A stretch of DNA of 47,056 nt from positions 1 to 47,056 of IMG/VR virus record IMGVR_UViG_3300023237_000017. One strand, given 5' to 3'. Position numbers and translations under genes: made by a program. Origin of the DNA: a virus. Taxonomy: Duplodnaviria > Caudoviricetes. The notes beneath the pieces were generated by a model that was given only the letters and a program-made list of their open reading frames with translations, ran no database searches and was not told the DNA's origin. This document shows positions 1 to 8,702 of the stretch, in pieces (the first letter of the stretch is position 1; every line of letters starts with the position of its first letter).

Positions 1-63
1 CTGGAAGCGGGTCGATGAAGCTGGCCGGAAGGTCGCAATGCAAATGTTTAAGGAGCAACCACA

Positions 64-414
64 ATGCTGATGGCAGTTCCCGGAAAACAGCATCGCGAAT
101 TACTCAATGGTGTTGGCAAGTGTTCCGTCCCTATGTGGGGCAGCGGATGCCCTGATGGGTTCTGCGACAAGCCCGCCTTTGGCGAGCCGACACAATGCCA
201 CCGCTACACCCGCGCCGATGGAACGACATATCGGGCAGACGGAAAGTATGATGGTTATGTGCCCGGCCTCGCCTGTCCGTCTCACGGCGGCCCGAACGAG
301 CCTAACCACATGATGGACTGCAACACATGCGGAGAGCCGTTCGACATGCGCGAGGTTGATCAAGTGATGGATCACGAGGTTTGCACCCCCACAACACAGA
401 CAGGAGAGAGATGA
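64..414 (+). CDS. Cys/His-rich hypothetical phage protein (probable Zn-binding)
   Basis: AAGGAG RBS upstream; several Cys clusters plus C-terminal CNTC...H; stop overlaps next ATG (ATGA). Confidence 0.6.
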   Translation: MLMAVPGKQHRELLNGVGKCSVPMWGSGCPDGFCDKPAFGEPTQCHRYTRADGTTYRADGKYDGYVPGLACPSHGGPNEPNHMMDCNTCGEPFDMREVDQVMDHEVCTPTTQTGER

Positions 415-1151
415 TGGCTGATGGCACATCAAATGTAGAACGCACTGAGAGCCACGAACTGGCGCAGGTGGATCGCTATGACATGGAAGGGCTGACGTTT
501 GCCCAGCGTGTCGCTCTGGACCCGACGATAGACGTTGAGCGCCTGAGCCGCATCATCGACATGGAACGCGACAGCGACCGCTACAAGGCCGAGCGGGCCT
601 ATGCGAAGGCGATGGCCGAGATGCAGTCCGCACTTCCGGCTGTCATCAAGAGCGGCGACAACACGCACCTCAAATCCAAGTACGCCAAGCTGGAGGACAT
701 CCAGTCTGCCGTGCGCCCGCTTCTGGCAGAGCATGGCTTTTCCGTCAGGTGGGGAAGCGAGACCATTGACAACAAGATTCACGTCACCTGCATCCTGACG
801 CACAAGGACGGACACAGCGAGCGCGACACCCTGCCCTTGCCCGTGATGACAGACAACAAGGGCGTCAACGCGCTTCAGCAGCACGGCATCACCATGTCCT
901 ACGGCAAGCGTTACACGCTCTGTAATGTGCTGGGCATCCAGTTGGGCGGGGAAGACAATGACGGCGCGAATGAAGTGGCTGAAACGCTCGGCCCCGACGA
1001 GATGACCATCCTGGATGACCTGCTGAAAGAGACGGGTGCGGATCGCGCCAAGTTCTTCAAGTACGCCAAGGTCGAGGGCATGGCCGACATTCACATGAAG
1101 AACTTCGAGGCACTGAAGAAAATTCTTGAAGGCAAGAGGACTGACAAATGA
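411..1151 (+). CDS. erf: ERF-family single-strand annealing recombinase
   Basis: KYAKLEDI..VRPLLAEHGFSV, VTCILTH..GH.E, G..MSYGKRYTL...LG....EDND match the ERF pattern; start taken at ATG 411 after GGAGAG; next to exonuclease. Confidence 0.88.
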   Translation: MMADGTSNVERTESHELAQVDRYDMEGLTFAQRVALDPTIDVERLSRIIDMERDSDRYKAERAYAKAMAEMQSALPAVIKSGDNTHLKSKYAKLEDIQSAVRPLLAEHGFSVRWGSETIDNKIHVTCILTHKDGHSERDTLPLPVMTDNKGVNALQQHGITMSYGKRYTLCNVLGIQLGGEDNDGANEVAETLGPDEMTILDDLLKETGADRAKFFKYAKVEGMADIHMKNFEALKKILEGKRTDK

Positions 1152-1774
1152 TTGAGCAAGGATCAGAATCTTGGTTTGCGGCAAGGGCTGGGAAAGCGAC
1201 AGCTTCCCGCATCGCAGACATCATCGCCAAGACCAAGAGCGGGCCAAGCGCCAGCCGCAAGAACTACGCGGCCCAGCTTGTTGCCGAGCGCCTGACGGGC
1301 ACTGTCGAGCAATCCTATTCCAACGCTGCGATGCAGTGGGGAACGGAAAAGGAGCCGGACGCCCGCGCTGCCTATGCGTTCCTGCACGCCGACGGGCTGG
1401 ACGTGACGGAGGCTGAGTTCGTGGTGCATCCCGCCATCGCTGACGCTGGCGCAAGCCCTGACGGATATGTCGGCGATTATGGTCTTGTCGAGATTAAAGC
1501 GCCCAACACAGCTACACACATCGAGACACTTCTTGGCCGGTCCGTTCCAGGGAAGTACGTGACCCAGATCCAATGGCAACTCGCCTGCACCGGGCGGGCA
1601 TGGTGTGATTTTTGCTCGTTCGATCCTCGCCTCCCTGACCACCTGTCCCTGTTCGTCCATCGGGTGAACCGCAATGACGTGTTGATAGGCGAACTTGAGC
1701 GGGAAGTTGAAGGGTTCCTCGCTGAAGTCTCCGCCACGGTAAAGGCTCTGGAAGCCTACGCAGAGGCCGCTTGA
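1148..1774 (+). CDS. YqaJ/lambda-type exonuclease
   Basis: QGSESWF..R.G..TAS, MQWGTEKE, GASPDG, EIKAP, Y..QIQWQL motifs. Confidence 0.93.
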   Translation: MIEQGSESWFAARAGKATASRIADIIAKTKSGPSASRKNYAAQLVAERLTGTVEQSYSNAAMQWGTEKEPDARAAYAFLHADGLDVTEAEFVVHPAIADAGASPDGYVGDYGLVEIKAPNTATHIETLLGRSVPGKYVTQIQWQLACTGRAWCDFCSFDPRLPDHLSLFVHRVNRNDVLIGELEREVEGFLAEVSATVKALEAYAEAA

Positions 1775-1775
1775 T

Positions 1776-2351
1776 ATGTCCCGCGCCACGTACCTCGTCA
1801 CATCTGAAGCCATGCCGGAAACATGGAGGCCGTGCCATTGCACTAGTTTCTATGAAGTCAGCAGCCTTGGACGGATCAAGTCTCTCGCTCGAAAGGTTAG
1901 ATGCGGCCCGCCACCAGGAACGAAAGATATTCCGGAGTGTATTCTCGGCCCCACCATTCTAACGACCGGCTACCTGCAGGTAAAATTGCACGGGAAAAAG
2001 CATCTACTCCACCGTCTTATAGCTGAGGCGTTTTTGCCGGGCGACCCACGCAAAACGGTGAACCATAAAAATGGGGTGAAGACTGATAATCGAATCGAAA
2101 ATCTGGAATGGGCGACCCATTCAGAAAACCAAAAGCACAAATATCGTGTGCTCGGATGCACCCCGCCCTTTTTGGGGAAGTTTGGGCTAGATCACCCAAA
2201 AGCCAAGCCAATTACATTCAACGGTGAAACAAGGTCCGTAAAAGAATGGGCAAGGCTTCGAGGCTGGAAGCCAAACGTAATTTATGGGCGCGTCCGCATG
2301 GGGTGGCCCATCTCCCGCATCCTCACCCAGCCAGTCAGGAAATCCAAATGA
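1776..2351 (+). CDS. NUMOD4-HNH homing endonuclease
   Basis: ETWRP..YEVSSLGRIKS (NUMOD4); HRLIAEAF...VNHKNGVKTDNRIENLEW (HNH_3); visibly more AT-rich than its flanks. Confidence 0.9.
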   Translation: MSRATYLVTSEAMPETWRPCHCTSFYEVSSLGRIKSLARKVRCGPPPGTKDIPECILGPTILTTGYLQVKLHGKKHLLHRLIAEAFLPGDPRKTVNHKNGVKTDNRIENLEWATHSENQKHKYRVLGCTPPFLGKFGLDHPKAKPITFNGETRSVKEWARLRGWKPNVIYGRVRMGWPISRILTQPVRKSK

Positions 2352-2683
2352 TCACCGACAAGCAACTCGAATGGGCAATGGACATCCTGATTGACAGGGA
2401 GAGCCAAGCCGCGAAGGCAAGGGCCGCGCATGAACACATGTCCGATCTGGACAAGGTTGTCCTGGCGAAGCTGACAAACGACGCACCAAGCGATCTGAAG
2501 TCAGCAGCCTCACGGGAAACATGGGCAAGGGCTCACGACACCTACGAGAACCACCTCGACCAGAAACGAGTGCTTGCGGAGATGGACTACAAGCTGCGCG
2601 ACCGTCGATCCGCTGCGAATGCAATCGTCGAGGCTTGGCGAACAGAGCAGTCAAATGCGCGGGCATCGTCACGGGTTGGATAG
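2348..2683 (+). CDS. Helical hypothetical protein, possibly a UvsY-like recombination mediator
   Basis: ATGA-coupled start at 2348; SAASRETWARA...EAWRTEQSNAR pattern recalled from phage recombination operons. Confidence 0.5.
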   Translation: MITDKQLEWAMDILIDRESQAAKARAAHEHMSDLDKVVLAKLTNDAPSDLKSAASRETWARAHDTYENHLDQKRVLAEMDYKLRDRRSAANAIVEAWRTEQSNARASSRVG

Positions 2684-2720
2684 CACGGATTGGATCTACA
2701 CGAACACATGGAGAATGAGA

Positions 2721-3008
2721 ATGGTTGATGAGAGAGAGATTGAGGCGATCAGGGAACGGCATGAGGACATGGTGAAATATTTGGCTTCTAATGGCAACAA
2801 GGGTCCGTGGGACTTTATTGGTCAAGATGCCCACGCCGACCGTGCCACCCTCCTATCCGCCCTTCTCGCAGAGAGAGAGCGTGTGGCTGCGCTGGAAGCG
2901 GCTGCGCAGAAGGCGTTGCAGGCGCTTCGCCGCAATCAGGCAGCGGGCCTGCGGATAGGTGATGCGATCCTGTGGCTAAGCTCTGTACTGGAGTCCGGTT
3001 ATGAGTGA
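2721..3008 (+). CDS. Hypothetical protein
   Basis: GGAGA RBS before ATG 2721; fills the operon. Confidence 0.55.
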   Translation: MVDEREIEAIRERHEDMVKYLASNGNKGPWDFIGQDAHADRATLLSALLAERERVAALEAAAQKALQALRRNQAAGLRIGDAILWLSSVLESGYE

Positions 3009-3375
3009 GCGCAAGCCGCTGACCAAGCTGCAATTCGCCCGCATCGCGCTGGACCAGAACGGTCGCTGCGGATGCGGATGCGGCAAGCGGCTGGACTTCC
3101 AGAAGCCTCGCCAGATCACAGACGAGCACCTCAACCCGCTATTTTCAGGAGGGGCCAATGACCTTGAAAACCGAGCGCTTTGGGACTCGGACTGTTCCAA
3201 AGAGAAGACCCGCAAGGAAGCCCCTGACCGCGCCAAGGTTCGCCGGATTGAGCAGGGCAAGACGCAGGCGGACAAACGGTCAAGGCGTGGCGGCTCGTCC
3301 ATTCATGGCCGTGGATTTCAACCAAAACCCGAGGGCTATGTCAGCCCATTGAGTAAGGAAGGTAGAAGACGATGA
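3001..3375 (+). CDS. HNH endonuclease-like protein
   Basis: Q.GRCGCGCG...DEHLNPL..GGAND.EN......C..EKT; the final His appears replaced (CS instead of CH). Confidence 0.75.
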   Translation: MSERKPLTKLQFARIALDQNGRCGCGCGKRLDFQKPRQITDEHLNPLFSGGANDLENRALWDSDCSKEKTRKEAPDRAKVRRIEQGKTQADKRSRRGGSSIHGRGFQPKPEGYVSPLSKEGRRR

Positions 3376-3626
3376 GTTACGGAAAGATTTTTTACCACAT
3401 CGCGGCCAGCACAGTCCTTATAGTGCTGGTGCCCATAATGAGTGTGTTCGATATTGGGGCGGGGGTGCTGTCAGGGCTTATCTTCGGTGCAGTTCTCGGT
3501 GACACATGGGCTGCGCTAATGACAGGAACCGGCTGGCCTCTTGAGGCTTGGCAAACGGGCGGATTGGCGGCGTTTGTCGGTTCATTTTTCAGGCCTAACG
3601 TAAACCTTCAGGGGGCCTCAGAATGA
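3372..3626 (+). CDS. Small membrane protein
   Basis: Hydrophobic Gly-rich segments; ATGA coupling at both ends. Confidence 0.6.
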   Translation: MSYGKIFYHIAASTVLIVLVPIMSVFDIGAGVLSGLIFGAVLGDTWAALMTGTGWPLEAWQTGGLAAFVGSFFRPNVNLQGASE

Positions 3627-3826
3627 GCGCGCTTCGTGAAAAGCTGGCGGCGAAAGCCCGGTTCCATCCTCCGGTCGCAGGCATGGGATCGCTCTCAATT
3701 GACGACGCTGTCGCTGAATTTAGATTGTGGCTGGAGGAGCGCATCGGCTGGGATGTCGATGCATTACTCCATGATCTGTTTTTATCGGAGCCCTCAGAAT
3801 GAGCGCGCTTCGGGAGAAACTGGCGC
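3616..3826 (+). repeat. Duplicated gene junction CCTCAGAATGAGCGCGCTTCG...CTGGCG
   Basis: Copies start at 3616 and 3792; both encode SE* / MSALREKLA. Confidence 0.85.
3623..3802 (+). CDS. 59-aa hypothetical protein (absent from the ORF track)
   Basis: Hand translation MSALREKLAAKARF...LFLSEPSE*; ATGA overlaps at both ends. Confidence 0.6.
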   Translation: MSALREKLAAKARFHPPVAGMGSLSIDDAVAEFRLWLEERIGWDVDALLHDLFLSEPSE

Positions 3827-4041
3827 GGCAATGGCTGGAGCGTAGATATAACGATCCTGCAGCGTGGCATAGCAGCACTGTGTCCAACCGAAATCGCGCA
3901 ATGATAGAGGCCACTTTTATCATCGCAGTATTTGAAGCAGAAGCCCGCCAAGGCAACCTTCCCAGCGAACTGCTCTCAGCGGTCGATGAGGGGCGCGATG
4001 TAGCTGCTGCTCGTCGGCTGGCGAAGGGGGATACCAAGTGA
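3799..4041 (+). CDS. Hypothetical protein
   Basis: 80-aa coupled ORF sharing the MSALREKLA N-terminus. Confidence 0.6.
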   Translation: MSALREKLARQWLERRYNDPAAWHSSTVSNRNRAMIEATFIIAVFEAEARQGNLPSELLSAVDEGRDVAAARRLAKGDTK

Positions 4042-4091
4042 ACCGTTTAATCAGGTGCACCACTGCACCTAGTAAGGAGAGAGGAAGAGTG

Positions 4092-4520
4092 ATGTCTGTC
4101 ACGGACCCATTTGAGTTTTACGCGAACTATGACGCATCGGAACTGGTGCGCCTGAAAAGGGCATCATGGAATTATGACCGACACGAAGAGAAGATGGAGA
4201 AAGAATGCAGGCCGTATCTGGCCAAGTTGAAGCGCCGCGCAACTGCTGCCGTAAAGCCGCACAGGGTGGAGTTTTCATCAGGAGGTGCTTTGCCACGCTG
4301 GAAACCGCGCATCGTTTTCAGCGGTCACTTCATGCCCAACAGATACGCTGACGTGATAGGTAATCAACCTACGATAACGTTCACCCTCTTCCCGCGTGAC
4401 ATGGATCATTTTGACAGTTTCTTTCGGTCGATGAAGGCGGCACTGGATGCGCTCTCAGAGACAGAGATATATTTTACTCAAGAGGAATATGACCGCATAC
4501 GAAAAGCCGCCGACCAATGA
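4092..4520 (+). CDS. Hypothetical protein, last gene of the + strand early operon
   Basis: Purine-rich RBS before ATG 4092; GTG 4038 is an alternative start. Confidence 0.6.
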   Translation: MSVTDPFEFYANYDASELVRLKRASWNYDRHEEKMEKECRPYLAKLKRRATAAVKPHRVEFSSGGALPRWKPRIVFSGHFMPNRYADVIGNQPTITFTLFPRDMDHFDSFFRSMKAALDALSETEIYFTQEEYDRIRKAADQ

Positions 4521-4564
4521 GAAAAGCCCGCCAGTTCGTCACCAAAGGCGACATACTGACGGGC
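4521..4564 (-). terminator. Intrinsic terminator at the convergence of early and late operons
   Basis: Long imperfect hairpin 4526-4564 followed by TTTTC on the minus strand. Confidence 0.55.
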
Positions 4565-4610
4565 CATGCTAGGCGTCTTGGGCTGGGCAGCTGGTGACGC
4601 TTCGCAATCT

Positions 4611-4820
4611 CTATGTAGTGGGAAATCGTGGCGAGACTAGGGCTAACTGCGCAGGGCTTCGACAACCAGTGCAGACGTGTATTATGTCCGGGTCGTTTTT
4701 GCGCACCGTCCAGCCCGTTTCCATCGCTCGCGTCCAGGCTGAGGCGTGATCGCTCGCAGGAATGCTCTCCGAGAGCTCACACACATCGCAAGATAATATA
4801 TAGCAGTTCTTGGAATCCAT
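4611..4820 (-). CDS. Small Zn-finger-like protein
   Basis: CDVC ... W..A...GW ... HVCTGC. Confidence 0.5.
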   Translation of the reverse strand: MDSKNCYILSCDVCELSESIPASDHASAWTRAMETGWTVRKNDPDIIHVCTGCRSPAQLALVSPRFPTT

Positions 4821-4833
4821 TTTCAGCATCCGC

Positions 4834-7632
4834 TCACGCCGTCATATACACGCCGGAAATGCGGATCGTGTGCGTGCTGAGCGCCGGGAATGTTCCATCA
4901 TAATAATAGCAGTTGACGGTAGTTGTCGTGCTCCAGCTCCCGTGTACGATTTTTGCGTTCGCTGTGTTGGTGCCGACACAGGAACCGGAATAGGCTGGCG
5001 TTGTCGGAAGAGTAAAGCGCAGGCTTCCTGATCCTGTCCCAATGTCCGTAAGCGTTATTGTGATGGTAAAGTAAACATTCGGCCCGTCCGCCCAATAGCG
5101 CGCGGTTGGCGTACTAGTGGTCGACAGCGCGCCGCTAGACGCCGAGATTGTCGGTGTCCATGTGGCGCTGACCGCGTAGTCTGATGCGCCAGAGTTGTCC
5201 TTGATGACGATGTTGGTGCCGAAATATGTTGTGTCGTATGCGATATTGTTGACGCTGGACGAAGCCGCATCCACGACATCATTGTTCACAATGCGGATGT
5301 TGTTGAACTCATCTGGTCCACCGCCTCCGCCGCCGCTGACCCGGTAAAGGCGGATGCCATATTGTCCGTCGTCTGCCGAGCGAATGACGTTGCCTGAAAT
5401 CGTGATCCCGTTGCAGGCTTTTGCTGTCACGCTTGTCAGGCGACACACGATAGATGCGTAGTTCGCACTGTAGGCCGAGGTGGCGCAGTTGATGCAGATG
5501 TTGCCAATCGCAACGCAGTTTTCCGATGCGTCGGTGAAATCAATCGCCGCCCCGTCACAATTCTCGAAATAGTTGTTGGACACAACGACGTTCACGCCAC
5601 CGCACTCAAGCCCGCTCGCCTGAATCAGTCGTTCAGTGACGCCGATGTGGATGTTGTTGGTGTAGATAATCCCGTAGCTCTCGCTTGTAGACGGCAGTAC
5701 CGTGGCAAAGATCGAGGTCGAGCTTAAAAAGTTGCCCTCCTTGAAGTTCTCCATGCGGTTGCCGGAGAATATCACGTGCTGGCCAAGCAGGTAAATGCAG
5801 GACCATTCGCCATCATGAAACCAGTTGCCGCTGATTTCGCCAAGCGTGGACGGGGCTGAGTCAACCGGATTTCCCGCGCACCAGATAGCTGCACCAGCTT
5901 CATTGGCTGGTAGCGTGCCCGAGCCGTCCGGAAGCGGGCGAAGATCGTCCGTCCGGCCCCAATCCTCAAACTCGCAGTCCTTGATGCTAAAGTTTGTCAC
6001 GCCGCCGAGCGACAGCATTATAAAGCGGTGGCCGGAGAACTTGCAGCGCTCGATGGTCAGTCCGTCTATGCTCCAGAGGCGCATCATGGTTGAGTGTGCC
6101 GCGCTCTCTGTGACTGTCAGAACGTCATCGAACCCCTTGATGTGCAGGTCGTAGAACGCCACGCCCGTTTGCAGGTATGCCCTGGCAACACAGGTGATTG
6201 TGCCTGTTGCCGGTGAAGTAGCCGAGCCAGCGAACTGGTACGTGAAAGTCGAGGCGCCCGTTACCGTGATGGCGTAGGAGCCAAGGTATTCCGTCTCGGT
6301 CGCGCCTAGGATATTGATGAGGTCGCCAGTCGTGTAGCCGTGTGCGACGGAAGTCGTCACCGTCGCAGTGGTGCTGGATGACGTGATCGAAGTAACAGAC
6401 TTGGCGTTGGCGATATTGCTTGTAGTATTTGTGCGGAATGGAACGATATTGCCAGCCGAGCTATCGACCTGAATGATCGTGCGATCCAGACCGTCGCCGT
6501 ACCACGTCGCGCCGGAGTGGATGATAAGCTGCGCGGTGATCTTGTACGTCCCCGCTGGGAAATAAAGCCGCTTGTTGGTCGTGGCATTTGCCGCCGTGAT
6601 GGCGGCTTGGATGGCGGTCGTGTCGTCTGTCGAGCCGTCCCCGACCGCGCCGTAAAGCATTGGGGTAATGTCAGTAACGGATGCCGCCCATGCTCCGCTC
6701 GCACCCGTCGCATCGGCAGTCGGGGCGACATAGAACCCGCCGTCAATATTGACGGACTGGTCGCCGGATTGCCATGTGTATAGGGTCGAAGCGCCCCGGT
6801 CAGTGATGATAAACCCGTTAAGCGTGGCAGCATTGGCCAGGGAGACCGCTTGCATCTCCGCATAGGTGCCGACTGTTAACTTTGTGTCGAGGCCGGCAAC
6901 AATTGTCGTGAGATCGCCCGCGTCAATTGAATTGGCCACAGTGTTCACATCTGCAATATTTACAGCAACGGTCCCAATCGAATCATCACCCGCAAGGTCC
7001 GCCGCCACGATGCCTATCGTATCAGCGCCGCCCAAGTCCGTGCCGACAAGGTTCACATTGACGATATTGTCTGCGATGATTCCAAGGTCGCCTGCGATAT
7101 CGGTCGCGTTGATTGTCTCATAGACTGGCTCGGATGCCGTGCCGGAGATGTAGACGATCTTGTCCAGCACAGCTTCCATAGGCAGGTTGTCCGGCAGGCT
7201 GTCAGTGCTGAATGGGGTGAACCGGACAGACGTATCGACAAGGCGCCGCGTCTCTGCAACCATCTCCATTGCCCGATCCAGCTTGACCATGATGGCAGGG
7301 CCGGAGAAGTTCCCGCCCGTGGACAGGGATAGAAGCTGCTGAAGGACTTGCTCGCGATAGACGAAAAGGCGCTCAGTATCGAGCAGGCCCGTCTGCGGAG
7401 TTGTCAGGAGAAGGGAGCCAGCGTCAGGCCCGCCAGTCAGGTCATAGTCCACACCCTCGACCAGTAGATCAGGGACGGCATCCGATACAGTCGAGTACCG
7501 AAGCACCTTGATATAGGAATTATCCGCGAAATATATCGGGGTGCCGCCCTTGATGAGCGAGAACGGGCCAAGCGTACCGGCGCCAGACGAGCCGGTAAAC
7601 GCTATCGCGGGCGTGACGGCGGAGGTTGTCAC
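4834..7632 (-). CDS. Tailspike / tail fibre with right-handed beta-helix (probable depolymerase)
   Basis: Podovirus fibre-attachment-like N-terminus; YGAVGDGSTDDTTAIQAAI..LYFPAGTY (pectate_lyase_3-like start); many I.NN beta-helix rungs; C-terminal TWTP..ARY beta-sandwich. Confidence 0.88.
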   Translation of the reverse strand: MTTSAVTPAIAFTGSSGAGTLGPFSLIKGGTPIYFADNSYIKVLRYSTVSDAVPDLLVEGVDYDLTGGPDAGSLLLTTPQTGLLDTERLFVYREQVLQQLLSLSTGGNFSGPAIMVKLDRAMEMVAETRRLVDTSVRFTPFSTDSLPDNLPMEAVLDKIVYISGTASEPVYETINATDIAGDLGIIADNIVNVNLVGTDLGGADTIGIVAADLAGDDSIGTVAVNIADVNTVANSIDAGDLTTIVAGLDTKLTVGTYAEMQAVSLANAATLNGFIITDRGASTLYTWQSGDQSVNIDGGFYVAPTADATGASGAWAASVTDITPMLYGAVGDGSTDDTTAIQAAITAANATTNKRLYFPAGTYKITAQLIIHSGATWYGDGLDRTIIQVDSSAGNIVPFRTNTTSNIANAKSVTSITSSSTTATVTTSVAHGYTTGDLINILGATETEYLGSYAITVTGASTFTYQFAGSATSPATGTITCVARAYLQTGVAFYDLHIKGFDDVLTVTESAAHSTMMRLWSIDGLTIERCKFSGHRFIMLSLGGVTNFSIKDCEFEDWGRTDDLRPLPDGSGTLPANEAGAAIWCAGNPVDSAPSTLGEISGNWFHDGEWSCIYLLGQHVIFSGNRMENFKEGNFLSSTSIFATVLPSTSESYGIIYTNNIHIGVTERLIQASGLECGGVNVVVSNNYFENCDGAAIDFTDASENCVAIGNICINCATSAYSANYASIVCRLTSVTAKACNGITISGNVIRSADDGQYGIRLYRVSGGGGGGPDEFNNIRIVNNDVVDAASSSVNNIAYDTTYFGTNIVIKDNSGASDYAVSATWTPTISASSGALSTTSTPTARYWADGPNVYFTITITLTDIGTGSGSLRFTLPTTPAYSGSCVGTNTANAKIVHGSWSTTTTVNCYYYDGTFPALSTHTIRISGVYMTA

Positions 7633-7839
7633 CTAGTTGAGCTTCTTGGCCTGCTTGAAGCCATAAACCACAGCGCCGACGAACACGACGAAAGCCACGG
7701 CTCCGACGATGGGCGCAGGCAGGAAGCCCGTCACTGTCCCATTCATCAGGATGTTATCGATGCCAAAGGCAAGGGCGAGACCAGCAAGGGCGTTGCCGAT
7801 CCAGGTTAGTGAAAGGTCAGGTGTCTTGATCTGAGCCAT
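7633..7839 (-). CDS. Two-TM small membrane protein (holin candidate)
   Basis: AAAGGAGG RBS; two hydrophobic helices and a basic C-terminus; next to the lysis cassette. Confidence 0.55.
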   Translation of the reverse strand: MAQIKTPDLSLTWIGNALAGLALAFGIDNILMNGTVTGFLPAPIVGAVAFVVFVGAVVYGFKQAKKLN

Positions 7840-7862
7840 GATCGGCCTCCTTTGTTTCAAGG

Positions 7863-7898
7863 AGACTACCCGCTCACCCGTGGACGTAGCGGGAATGG
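7863..7898 (-). promoter_or_regulatory. Candidate late promoter
   Basis: CCATTCCCGCTA identical to 14046-14035, with TAGTCT 30 nt from the motif start. Confidence 0.5.
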
Positions 7899-8222
7899 CT
7901 AAGAGCGCAGGGCTTCGGGGTGGCAGATGCGGACATACTTGCCGTTATCTTCGGTCAGCTTGCTGAGGCAGTCGAACGTCTTGCAAGCGCCAGGATGCGA
8001 GATGCGCCGAACCGTCTCAGGGTCATTGCACCACTCGATTGCAGCAACACCTACCATCCCATTATGCTCGATAATGCTGGCGATCCATATGCCTATTCCA
8101 GACAGGAACACCATGACTGACACGAACGCAAAGCCCTTAACCATATTGTTCACATAGTAGCGTCTGACAGGTTCGCCAGATTGGGATGCCTCACGGGCAA
8201 TCTGTTCTGCGAGCGAGGTCAT
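7899..8222 (-). CDS. Single-TM membrane protein with Cys-rich C-terminal domain
   Basis: TM segment FAFVSVMVFLSGIGIWIA followed by four Cys. Confidence 0.55.
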   Translation of the reverse strand: MTSLAEQIAREASQSGEPVRRYYVNNMVKGFAFVSVMVFLSGIGIWIASIIEHNGMVGVAAIEWCNDPETVRRISHPGACKTFDCLSKLTEDNGKYVRICHPEALRS

Positions 8223-8470
8223 CAGACACTACCAGCGCATTCGGCAGCCCACTTTTCAACATCCTTCACCATTTTTTGCCGCGCTTCGAGTGGGCTTGCA
8301 TCAAATGCGCCTGCACTCAGTTCAGTCGGCTTTGTGATGGAACACATTGTTTTGTGTTCGATCCGCACCGCGCTGTTGATCGCGTCCTTAGTCACCGAAT
8401 AAGAGGCGTCTGGTGTCGTCGCGCAGGCTGTCGCTAGTGATATCACCAGACACAGCATCAGCGGCCTCAT
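8222..8470 (-). CDS. o-spanin (Rz1-like lipoprotein)
   Basis: Signal peptide with lipobox LATAC; overlaps the 3' end of the Rz-like gene; downstream of endolysin. Confidence 0.7.
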   Translation of the reverse strand: MRPLMLCLVISLATACATTPDASYSVTKDAINSAVRIEHKTMCSITKPTELSAGAFDASPLEARQKMVKDVEKWAAECAGSV

Positions 8471-8702
8471 TGGCTTTCTCAATACGTTCATCTGCTCGTT
8501 CCTCTAGTTTTGCGAGTTCCTTGGTTGCAACTTTTTCTGCCTTCTGGACGGCCTTGGCATTTGCGCCCTTGCGGACCTTTCGATCGTGCAGGCCAAGCCA
8601 CGAAAACCAAACGATGATGCCAGCAATAATTCCCACAGCCCATTGAGCCGCCTTGTTCTTGGCGATGAAATTGAACAATGAGAAGAATGCGCCCTCTATC
8701 AT
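8388..8702 (-). CDS. i-spanin (Rz-like)
   Basis: N-terminal TM plus Ala/Lys/Glu coiled coil; follows endolysin. Confidence 0.7.
   Translation of the reverse strand: MIEGAFFSLFNFIAKNKAAQWAVGIIAGIIVWFSWLGLHDRKVRKGANAKAVQKAEKVATKELAKLEERADERIEKANEAADAVSGDITSDSLRDDTRRLLFGD

Noticed and set aside
7630-7635. Amber read-through or recoding fusing abutting in-frame genes (also 36410-36415)
   Set aside because: TAG ends several genes normally, and both downstream proteins start with their family's usual N-terminus
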